From an uncultured Candidatus Saccharibacteria bacterium (lineage in GTDB: Bacteria; Patescibacteriota; Saccharimonadia; Saccharimonadales; 2-12-FULL-41-12): DNA of 58,598 bases. The number at the start of each line of letters is the position of its first letter. Position 1 is the first letter of the stretch. Location: assembly GCA_964615775.1 (NCBI GenBank), contig CAZTQB010000001.1, forward strand, positions 1-58,598, in the 5' to 3' direction. The position numbers were made by a program, and so were the translations under genes. The notes below the pieces were generated by a model. It was not told the DNA's origin, made no database searches, and saw only the letters and a list, made by a program, of their open reading frames with translations. Shown piece after piece: positions 13,263 through 21,319 of the stretch.

Positions 13263-15089
13263 ATGTCAATGAATAGTCAAGACCCTAGCAAGATTAGGAA
13301 TATAGCAGTTATTGCCCACGTTGATCATGGTAAAACTACCTTGGTTGATGGGCTACTTAAGCAATCGCATACTTTTCGCGATAACCAGGCAGAGATGACT
13401 CAGGAGCTTATCATGGATAGCGGTGATCAAGAAAAAGAACGCGGTATCACGATTACTGCAAAAGTAACAGCGGTACAACATGGCGATTATCGAATAAATA
13501 TTATTGACACACCGGGTCATGCTGATTTTTCGGGCGAAGTAGAGCGAACGCTCAATATGGCAGATGGTTGTTTGTTGATTGTTGATGCACAAGAGGGTCC
13601 AATGCCACAGACTAAATTTGTGTTAAGTAAGGCGTTAGCTGCTGAACTTAAGCCAATTGTTATTATCAACAAGATCGACAAACCCGGCTCACGCGTATCG
13701 GAGGTAGAAGATGAATTGGCTGATTTATTCTTGGAGTTAGCTGTTCACGAAGATCAGTTACATTATCCTATTTATTACGCAATTGGTCGTGATGGTAAAG
13801 CATGGGAAGCTATGCCCAGTGATTCATCAGAAAATACTGATTTGTCAGTAGTTTTCAAAGCTATAGAAGATTATGTTCCTGCCCCAGATGTTGATCAAAA
13901 TGGTACCTTTCAGATGTTGGTTACGGCACTAGCATGGGATAACTTTAGAGGTAAATATGCAATCGGTAGGATATTTCGTGGCCACATTAAGCCAGGTGAA
14001 GCTGTGTCATTATGCAGAAAAGATGGTAGCGTGGAAAAAGCTAAAATTGACGGTGTGTTCATGAGTCATGGAATTTCAAAATTTGAAGTGGAAGGCGGTG
14101 TGGCTGGTGACATTGTGCAATTGACCGGTATTTCTCAGGCAAAAATCGGTGAAACTGTTGCTTCAAATGAAAACCCAGAAAGTCTACCAACTATTGAGGT
14201 CGAATCGCCGACACTTAAAATATATCTAGGGCCAAACACTAGCCCGCTAAAAGGTCAGGAAGGCGAATTTACGACATCTAGACAAATAAAAGAAAGGCTC
14301 AAAAAAGAACTTGAAATCAATATTGGACTAACGGTCGAAGAAGATGGAATTGGATTTTTAGTGGCAGGTCGTGGTGAGCTGCACTTGAGCGTATTGATAG
14401 AAACTATGAGACGTGAGGGTTATGAGTTTGAGGTTGGTAGACCACAGGTTGTTACCAGAGAAAATGACGGAGTAACTGAAGAACCAGTTGAGGAATTGAT
14501 TGTTGAGGTGCCACCGGAGCATGTAGGTACGGTGCAAGCCGAAATGGGGTCACGTAGAGCTGAGCTAAAAGAGCAATTTTCTAGCCCAAAGGGTGTTACT
14601 AAGTTGGTTTACGAGCTGACTACTAGGTCGCTACTCGGTGCAAAAGGTATTTTGCTGACTCAAACCAAGGGTACTATTATTATGCATAGTTTAAGTGCTG
14701 GCTATAAGCCACTCGGTCCAAACCTAAATCAACTTCGCAATGGCGTACTTATCGCCTATGAAGCAGGAATAACCACACCGTATTCACTCCAAAATGCTGA
14801 AGCTAGGGGTACGATTTTTGTTGGTCCAGGTATTAAGGTTTACGGTGGACAAATAATTGGCCTGAATACTCGTAGTGAAGATATGGAGATAAATGTTTGC
14901 AAAGCTAAGCAATTAACAAATATGCGTTCGACTTCTAGTGATGGTGTGGTGCAATTGACTCCGCCAACAATCTTGAGTTTAGAGCAATGCCTAGATTTTA
15001 TCGAAAATGATGAATTACTAGAAGTAACACCAGAAAGCCTAAGACTTCGTAAACGTGAGCTAGACCCAAATAAACGTAAACGTAAGTAG
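13263..15089 (+). CDS. typA: Translational GTPase TypA/BipA
   Basis: AHVDHGKTTL, DTPGH, NKID, GRGELHL and C-terminal LEVTP..LRLRK. Confidence 0.97.
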   Translation: MSMNSQDPSKIRNIAVIAHVDHGKTTLVDGLLKQSHTFRDNQAEMTQELIMDSGDQEKERGITITAKVTAVQHGDYRINIIDTPGHADFSGEVERTLNMADGCLLIVDAQEGPMPQTKFVLSKALAAELKPIVIINKIDKPGSRVSEVEDELADLFLELAVHEDQLHYPIYYAIGRDGKAWEAMPSDSSENTDLSVVFKAIEDYVPAPDVDQNGTFQMLVTALAWDNFRGKYAIGRIFRGHIKPGEAVSLCRKDGSVEKAKIDGVFMSHGISKFEVEGGVAGDIVQLTGISQAKIGETVASNENPESLPTIEVESPTLKIYLGPNTSPLKGQEGEFTTSRQIKERLKKELEINIGLTVEEDGIGFLVAGRGELHLSVLIETMRREGYEFEVGRPQVVTRENDGVTEEPVEELIVEVPPEHVGTVQAEMGSRRAELKEQFSSPKGVTKLVYELTTRSLLGAKGILLTQTKGTIIMHSLSAGYKPLGPNLNQLRNGVLIAYEAGITTPYSLQNAEARGTIFVGPGIKVYGGQIIGLNTRSEDMEINVCKAKQLTNMRSTSSDGVVQLTPPTILSLEQCLDFIENDELLEVTPESLRLRKRELDPNKRKRK

Positions 15090-15158
15090 CCAGCATAGCA
15101 ATAGCCAGCAACAACCATAATCTCTACGTCAAAATTTGCCTCGAAGTCCTGCAGCCCT

Positions 15159-15203
15159 TGCATCAAAGTGCGTCAAGGTCGGACCTTGACGCACTTTGAT
15201 GCA
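15159..15203. repeat. Perfect 45-bp palindrome (22-bp arms, 1-nt centre)
   Basis: TGCATCAAAGTGCGTCAAGGTC-G-GACCTTGACGCACTTTGATGCA. Confidence 0.95.
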
Positions 15204-15212
15204 GGAGTGCTG

Positions 15213-15238
15213 AAAATGTGACTTGGCTCACATTTTTT
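15213..15238 (+). terminator. Hairpin terminator between convergent typA and the Fur-family gene
   Basis: AAAATGTGA/TCACATTTT plus T-run; potentially bidirectional. Confidence 0.55.
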
Positions 15239-15326
15239 AAGATGCTTGTAGTTTATAATTAAAATTGGAAGTGTGAGGCTTCCCAATATTAGCCCCGGCA
15301 TATCCGGGGTTCTAAGTTTTTAACTT

Positions 15327-15743
15327 TTAAGAAGCCTGACATTGCTCACATAAGCCATAAAATTCAATTGTGTGACCACTGATCTGAAATTTTTTGAAAC
15401 TTATTTGTTTTTGAAGCTCTTTTTCTGTTGATTGAGGCACTTCTATTTCCCAAATTTTGTGACATTTTTGACAGATGAGATGGTGATGATGACCAAAAAA
15501 ATCATCGCTTAGTTCAACTTTGTATTTCCAGTTGTGATATATTTTTTTGACAATCCCGGCCTCTTCAAGGGCATACACAGATCGATAAACGGTCGATCTG
15601 TCGGCAAATATCCGACTAACATTTACTAGATCATTCATGCTAAAAGCTTTATGACCAGAATTTTTTAGGATATTAAAGATGGCTTGCCGAGGCTTTGTGT
15701 TGCTTAGTTTGGCCTTTTTTAGCTTTTGTAAATATTGATCCAT
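15327..15743 (-). CDS. Fur/Zur family metalloregulator
   Basis: T..RQAI, STVYR, HHHLICQKC and C..C; start set at 15743 from promoter geometry. Confidence 0.92.
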   Translation of the reverse strand: MDQYLQKLKKAKLSNTKPRQAIFNILKNSGHKAFSMNDLVNVSRIFADRSTVYRSVYALEEAGIVKKIYHNWKYKVELSDDFFGHHHHLICQKCHKIWEIEVPQSTEKELQKQISFKKFQISGHTIEFYGLCEQCQAS

Positions 15744-15809
15744 GTCGTAAATTTTAATAAAATTGCGACAAAATTGCAAAAAATCAATAACTTTAATATG
15801 ATTTACTAC
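15744..15809. promoter_or_regulatory. Symmetric divergent promoter with shared -35 TTGCAA and an overlapping palindrome
   Basis: TTGCAA 15774-15779 is 17 bp from TAAAAT (minus, 15751-15756) and 17 bp from TATGAT (plus, 15797-15802); imperfect palindrome at 15763-15779. Confidence 0.7.
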
Positions 15810-16541
15810 ATGGTAGCAGTATTAGTATCGATAATAAGTGCATTAGCGGCTCAAGCTGGTGGAATAATGGCACTCAAGAATCGCAAGCGACTTAATCTAA
15901 GTTTGGGCTTAACGGCTGGTATTTTGATGGGTCTAGTTGCTTTTGACTTACTGCCAGAAATTTACGAAGGTACAGAGTCTAACGGCATAGATATAATCTG
16001 GCCAATGGTAGCATTAGTTGTGGGCTTTCTGGGTTTCCATATAATAGAAAAATATATACTTATGCACCATAATCATGAGGCAAATTACTCTGAGCATCGT
16101 CATCCACATGTTGGGATAGCTAGTGCATTGGCGTTGATTGGACATAGTTTTATAGATGGGTTGAGTATTGGACTGGCATTTCAGATAAACAGTGCAGTTG
16201 GAGCTGCAGTGGCAATTGCGGTAGTTGGCCATAGATTTGTAGATGGATTTAATGGCATCAACGTCATGCTGATGAACAAAAATAAGCTATCTAGTGCCAA
16301 GAAGGTGCTGTGGGTGGTGGCAGTAGCACCAATTTTAGGAGCTATTGTTGGTTCGACCTTTAGCTTACCGGAGACTGCTCTAACAATTTATTTAGGTTTT
16401 TTTGCTGGCTTCATGATATACATTGGAGCGTCAGACATCTTGCCAGAAGCTCATCGCAAAAATTCATCGAAAATAACAATACTCATGACTATTCTTGGTG
16501 CATTACTTATGTTTGCTATCACTAAGCTCTTTGAACACTAG
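15810..16541 (+). CDS. ZIP family metal transporter
   Basis: GHSFIDGL.IG and VVGHRFVDG signature helices; His-rich loop. Confidence 0.9.
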   Translation: MVAVLVSIISALAAQAGGIMALKNRKRLNLSLGLTAGILMGLVAFDLLPEIYEGTESNGIDIIWPMVALVVGFLGFHIIEKYILMHHNHEANYSEHRHPHVGIASALALIGHSFIDGLSIGLAFQINSAVGAAVAIAVVGHRFVDGFNGINVMLMNKNKLSSAKKVLWVVAVAPILGAIVGSTFSLPETALTIYLGFFAGFMIYIGASDILPEAHRKNSSKITILMTILGALLMFAITKLFEH

Positions 16542-16570
16542 ATATTAGCTGCTTGTGCTAAAATATGGTT

Positions 16571-17662
16571 ATGGAAACTAATTCTTTGGGAATTATTGTT
16601 ATTGGTTTGCTTTTGGCGGCTAATTTAGTGATAGTTGTTTTGCTGTTACGTCGAAGAAGTAATAAAAATGATGAGACTTCAACGCTGTTGATTAAACAAG
16701 ATATTAATTCTTTGAGCGATAATATTCAGAAGCTCAAAGACGGTTTAAGTAGCCAAATAACAGATAGGCTGGATCGTAATAATGAAATGATGCAGAAAAG
16801 TATCATGGGGCAATTTAAAGAGTCGACTAAGCTTGTTGCTGACGTGACAGAACGTTTAACCAAGCTAGACGAAACTAATAAGCGTGTGGTTAACGTAGCT
16901 GACGAGCTGAAAACCTTACAAAATGTTCTACAAAACCCCAAACAGCGTGGTGTTGTAGGTGAATATTATTTACAAAATGTGCTTGAAAATGTTTTGCCGC
17001 CTGGGCGGTTTGAGATGCAGTATAAATTTACTGATGGCGAAGTAGTAGACTCTGTAATTTTCTTGCAGGATAAAAAGATCTTGCCGATTGATAGTAAATT
17101 TAGTCTAGAAAATTACAACCGTTTGATCGAAGAAGCTGATAAAACAACTCGGGAAAACTTAGTCAAAAAATTTAGGGTTGACTTAAAAAATCGGATTGAT
17201 GAGACCGCCAAATACATAAGACCGCAAGAAAATACTATGGATTTTGCATTTATGTTTATACCAAGCGAATCGCTGTATTATGATTTGTTGGTCAATAAAG
17301 TTGGTACAACCAAAGCTAGCTCACGTGATTTAGTTGAATATGCCTTTGCTGAAAAACATGTGATTATTGTGAGTCCGACAAGTTTTATGGCATATTTACA
17401 AACAGTACTCCATGGCTTAAGAAGTCTGCAAATAGAGGAGCAAGCTAAAGAAATTCAAAAACGAGTTGGTGAGCTGGGACGGCATATTGGTAACTATGAG
17501 TCATTTATGCAGAAACTAGGTTCTAGTTTAGGTACAACTGTTAATCACTATAACAATGCCCATAAAGAACTAAAGAAAATTGACAAAGACGTGGTGCGGA
17601 TTGCTGAAACTAGTCCAGGTGTAGAGCCATTGCTACTCGACAAACCGGTTATTGATGACTAA
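16571..17662 (+). CDS. rmuC: DNA recombination protein RmuC
   Basis: N-terminal TM, coiled coil, RG..GE..L, PIDSKF and MFIPSES; start could be 16565. Confidence 0.92.
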   Translation: METNSLGIIVIGLLLAANLVIVVLLLRRRSNKNDETSTLLIKQDINSLSDNIQKLKDGLSSQITDRLDRNNEMMQKSIMGQFKESTKLVADVTERLTKLDETNKRVVNVADELKTLQNVLQNPKQRGVVGEYYLQNVLENVLPPGRFEMQYKFTDGEVVDSVIFLQDKKILPIDSKFSLENYNRLIEEADKTTRENLVKKFRVDLKNRIDETAKYIRPQENTMDFAFMFIPSESLYYDLLVNKVGTTKASSRDLVEYAFAEKHVIIVSPTSFMAYLQTVLHGLRSLQIEEQAKEIQKRVGELGRHIGNYESFMQKLGSSLGTTVNHYNNAHKELKKIDKDVVRIAETSPGVEPLLLDKPVIDD

Positions 17663-17672
17663 TATATAAGAC

Positions 17673-17948
17673 ATGCTTAGTAAAAGAAAAACAGAAGATA
17701 AACAGTTGTTACGTAATAATCGTGATCAAATTGCCAAAGCTTTGGAAATTTTATTTGCATCTGGTTATCTAAATCGCCACAAACTATACTACGAAAACTT
17801 TATGCGAGGTGTATTTTTTGGTGCGGGTGGAGTGATTGGAGCAACGGTTTTGATTGGTGTTGTGCTGTGGTTTTTGTCATTATTTGATCAAGTGCCGCTA
17901 ATTGGTCCACTAATCGAAAGTATAGTCGATCAAGTAAAGTCTCAGTAA
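17673..17948 (+). CDS. DUF5665-like small membrane protein
   Basis: NF.RG.FFG.G..IGAT...G and VPLIG pattern. Confidence 0.7.
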   Translation: MLSKRKTEDKQLLRNNRDQIAKALEILFASGYLNRHKLYYENFMRGVFFGAGGVIGATVLIGVVLWFLSLFDQVPLIGPLIESIVDQVKSQ

Positions 17949-17949
17949 A

Positions 17950-19083
17950 TTAGCGAGATAACAGGTGTGTGATTGCTCTGGTTACAAAATCAGCATAATA
18001 TTGATGATTTTCACCAAAACCATTTTGGTCATTTAAAGCATCACTACAGTCGACTACGATGTGTGGACTAGAATGCTCCGACACAATAGTCTCCATACCG
18101 TGTGACATACAATTTCGTTTGCCATATACAAATACAGTATTTCCATCTCTAGCTAATCTAGTTAGGTTTTGTTTGGCAACTGACCTTTTGCTAAGTCCTT
18201 GCAAAATTATTAGGTTATTGCCAAAAGCGGCCAGGATATTTCCTGTCCAAGTTTTGTCTGTACCGCTGAGGTCGGTGATTAATTTTGGTGAATTATCTAG
18301 CCAACTGTCAGTTTTTGGTTGAACATTATTTTTGGCGACCGGCTTGCCGTCTGGACCCAGCAATCTTGGCCTAGTATAGTTACTGATGGTTCGTACTATC
18401 CCGTCAGTCATGGGCCGTTCGGCAACCACTGTTCCAATTATTTGTTGTTTTCTTTTTTTGTCTTCTGGGTAAGGCATAATTTCGGTTACGCAAGCACCTT
18501 GCGAGTAACCAATAGGAATTATTCTCTTAAATCCTTCGTGTTCGGCAATATCGAATAAAGTATTGACCATGGGCTGGAAGTTACCGGAGCGAATTGCTTG
18601 TTTTTCTTCTTTCGTCCATTTACGAGTGTGGTCGCCAGACGGGGCAGAAACTACTATGAATGGTATGGGTTTACCATCAGGGTCAGTAATGCCGGCTTGT
18701 CTTAATGTCAAATATGCCAAGTAGTGCTTTGTTAAAGCATTCCAAGAATTTCCATTGATATCATAGGCTAATCTTGGATCTTTTCCGTACTTTAGATAAT
18801 CACCGACCTTCCGGCTATTGCCAATGGGGGTTACGCGGTTTGCAAAAGGAAGCTGCACAATGGCGGCATACTCTTTTGAACTTTCGCTATCACCAATAAC
18901 TGCATATGGCACAGGATTGTCTGGGGCTAAACCTCTGACGTAGCTCTCAAGTTCTTGATATGTCTCGATACGCTTATCAAAATCAGTACCGTCGATGCTT
19001 GTTTGTGTACCTTTGGTAGCAGCTAGGAGTTGGTCTGGTGGAACTTGATGATCTGGATCAAAGTAGTATTCGTGAACAATCAT
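17950..19083 (-). CDS. Hypothetical protein, possible alpha/beta-hydrolase fold
   Basis: GYSQG nucleophile-elbow motif; TGATATAAT 6 nt upstream of the ATG. Confidence 0.6.
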   Translation of the reverse strand: MIVHEYYFDPDHQVPPDQLLAATKGTQTSIDGTDFDKRIETYQELESYVRGLAPDNPVPYAVIGDSESSKEYAAIVQLPFANRVTPIGNSRKVGDYLKYGKDPRLAYDINGNSWNALTKHYLAYLTLRQAGITDPDGKPIPFIVVSAPSGDHTRKWTKEEKQAIRSGNFQPMVNTLFDIAEHEGFKRIIPIGYSQGACVTEIMPYPEDKKRKQQIIGTVVAERPMTDGIVRTISNYTRPRLLGPDGKPVAKNNVQPKTDSWLDNSPKLITDLSGTDKTWTGNILAAFGNNLIILQGLSKRSVAKQNLTRLARDGNTVFVYGKRNCMSHGMETIVSEHSSPHIVVDCSDALNDQNGFGENHQYYADFVTRAITHLLSR

Positions 19084-19126
19084 GAATATATTATATCATA
19101 AATATCTAATATCACAAATATGCATG

Positions 19127-19624
19127 TTAACGAAGATTAGTAAAAGAGACCGGAAAGTCAAGATCAGCTTTTCTTATTAAGTTTATTGTGGCTTGAAGCT
19201 CGTCTTTCTTGGTGCTGGTAATGCGAATTTCATCACCCTGGATTTGAGTTTTGATTTTAGGATAATTATCACGAATGAGTTTGGTTATTTTTTTTGCGTT
19301 ATCGGTAGAAATACCTTTTTTAAACATAACTTCTTTTGTAGTTTTGAGGTTGCTGACGGTAGGCTCTTTGCTGATATCAAGTATTTTTTGGCTTAGGCCG
19401 CGAGTTGCCAGCTTTTTGCGAAAGATATCAAGAATAGCTTCAATATGGTAGTCGCTATCGCCAATAATCTTTAATCCACTTTTGTCATTATTTAGCCATT
19501 CGATGTCAGCAGCTGTTCCTTTAAAATCATAACGGTTTTCGATCTCTCGCTGTGTTTGATCAAAGACATTATTCATCTCTGCTTTATCGTAATCAGATAC
19601 AATGTCAAAACTAAAACTTGCCAT
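19127..19624 (-). CDS. yajQ: YajQ family nucleotide-binding protein
   Basis: MASFSFDIVS, RYDFKG, QIQGDEIR and K.DELQ....NLR. Confidence 0.93.
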   Translation of the reverse strand: MASFSFDIVSDYDKAEMNNVFDQTQREIENRYDFKGTAADIEWLNNDKSGLKIIGDSDYHIEAILDIFRKKLATRGLSQKILDISKEPTVSNLKTTKEVMFKKGISTDNAKKITKLIRDNYPKIKTQIQGDEIRITSTKKDELQATINLIRKADLDFPVSFTNLR

Positions 19625-19673
19625 AACTCAGATTATACCACTGACAAGTGTTGATTCTGATATAATCTTAGTT

Positions 19674-20687
19674 ATGAATGAACAAATTGTAACCGAGCTA
19701 AAAAAACGTGCTGAGAGTGGTGACAATTCGGTGCTAAGAAGTGTCGAATTAAAAAGTTTGTTTGATGAACTAAAAGTGATGGAACCTCAGCAAAGGGCTG
19801 ATTACGGTAAGAAGCTTAACGACTTACGCCAAGAACTGATAAATTTGCTAGGTGATAGTCAGATTAAAGATAATCGTTTGCCGATTGACGTGACGGCACC
19901 AATGGACAAAAACACTCCGCGTGTTAACTTGCTGCCTGTTGATGGTGGATCATTGCATCCACTGACGCAGGAGATTGTTAAATTATGTGAAATTTTTCAG
20001 CGTATGGGCTATGTGGTTGAAGAATCTCGTGAGATTGATAATCAATTTAATATGTTTGAAGCTTTAAATTTTCCAAAAGGTCACCCGGCAAGAGATGATT
20101 ATGATACTTTTATGACTGAGGAAACTGATGAAAATGGCGATCGATTAATTGCACCGGCCCATACTTCTACTATGCAAAATCGTTTGCTCAAAAAATATGC
20201 TTCTAACCTAAAAAACGATGAGCCAATAGCCGTGGTTGTGCCAGATAGAGTTTTCCGCAATGAAGATTTAGATGCACGACACGAACATACCTTTTATCAG
20301 ATAGAGGGACTTTATGTGGCTGAAAATGTAAATGTCGGTAATCTGGTGGCTACTTTGCAAAAATTTTTGGAAGAATATTACAAACAAGATCTAAAAGTGA
20401 GAGTTAACCCGTTTTACTTTCCATTTACGGAGCCAAGTTTTGAGTTTGCTTTGTCTTGTCCATTCTGCCAAGACGGATGTTCGGTTTGCTCGCACGAGAA
20501 GTGGATTGAGTTGCTTGGTTGTGGCTTGATTCACCCGAATGTACTAAAACACGCTGGAATTGACACAAGTAAATATAGCGGCTTTGCTTTTGGTTGTGGT
20601 GTTGATAGATTAGTCATGATGAAGCAAAATATCGAAGATGTGCGTCATTTTGAATCTGCTAAATTAGACTTTTTAAAACAATTTTAG
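19674..20687 (+). CDS. pheS: Phenylalanyl-tRNA synthetase alpha subunit
   Basis: NFP.GHPARD, HTS, FPFTEPSFE and GFAFG.G.DR; start set at 19674. Confidence 0.96.
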   Translation: MNEQIVTELKKRAESGDNSVLRSVELKSLFDELKVMEPQQRADYGKKLNDLRQELINLLGDSQIKDNRLPIDVTAPMDKNTPRVNLLPVDGGSLHPLTQEIVKLCEIFQRMGYVVEESREIDNQFNMFEALNFPKGHPARDDYDTFMTEETDENGDRLIAPAHTSTMQNRLLKKYASNLKNDEPIAVVVPDRVFRNEDLDARHEHTFYQIEGLYVAENVNVGNLVATLQKFLEEYYKQDLKVRVNPFYFPFTEPSFEFALSCPFCQDGCSVCSHEKWIELLGCGLIHPNVLKHAGIDTSKYSGFAFGCGVDRLVMMKQNIEDVRHFESAKLDFLKQF

Positions 20688-21251
20688 ATGAAAAATGCAC
20701 TGATTATACATGGTTATTATAGTTTGCAGCAGTTTGATGAGGCTGATAATACACCAAGTAATTCACACTGGATTCCATGGTTGTCTAGGCAGCTGATGAT
20801 TAAAGATATTTTTACAAGGGCAATTGAGATGCCAAAGGCCAACCTGCCGTTATATGAAGCTTGGCAAAAAGAGTTTGAGCGTTACGACATTACAGCTGAT
20901 ACGGTTTTGGTTGGACATAGTTGTGGAGCTGGATTTTTGGTACGATGGCTGGGTGAAAATTCGCATGCAAAATGTCAAAAATTGGTTTTGGTCGCTCCGT
21001 CTTTGGGCTTAAGTTGGTCAGATCGTACGTTTTTTGACTTTGAGATAGATGGTGAGATCCAGAATAGAGTAGGGAAAATTTTAATTTTTGTAGCTGATGA
21101 CGACAAGCAATACATTCACGATGCCGTCAAAATATACAGTTTTAAATTGCCAAAATCAGAAATAATTAGTTTAAAAACAGGTGGTCATTTCACTTTTCAG
21201 GATATGGCGAAAAAAGAATTTCCCGAATTACTTGAAGAGATTTTGAGGTAG
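20688..21251 (+). CDS. RBBP9/YdeN family alpha/beta hydrolase
   Basis: IHGY, W.PWL, GHSCG and GGHF. Confidence 0.85.
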   Translation: MKNALIIHGYYSLQQFDEADNTPSNSHWIPWLSRQLMIKDIFTRAIEMPKANLPLYEAWQKEFERYDITADTVLVGHSCGAGFLVRWLGENSHAKCQKLVLVAPSLGLSWSDRTFFDFEIDGEIQNRVGKILIFVADDDKQYIHDAVKIYSFKLPKSEIISLKTGGHFTFQDMAKKEFPELLEEILR

Positions 21252-21319
21252 AATAGATAATAAGATGAAACTTTGGAAAAATATTTTATGAAATTTGCAG
21301 TAGCTGCGAGGTTAAATAG

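Noticed and set aside
5149-15190. CAAGGTCG shared between the ssDNA-promoter hairpins and the 45-bp palindrome
   Set aside because: Only 8 nt, in different structural contexts and compartments; insufficient to link them.
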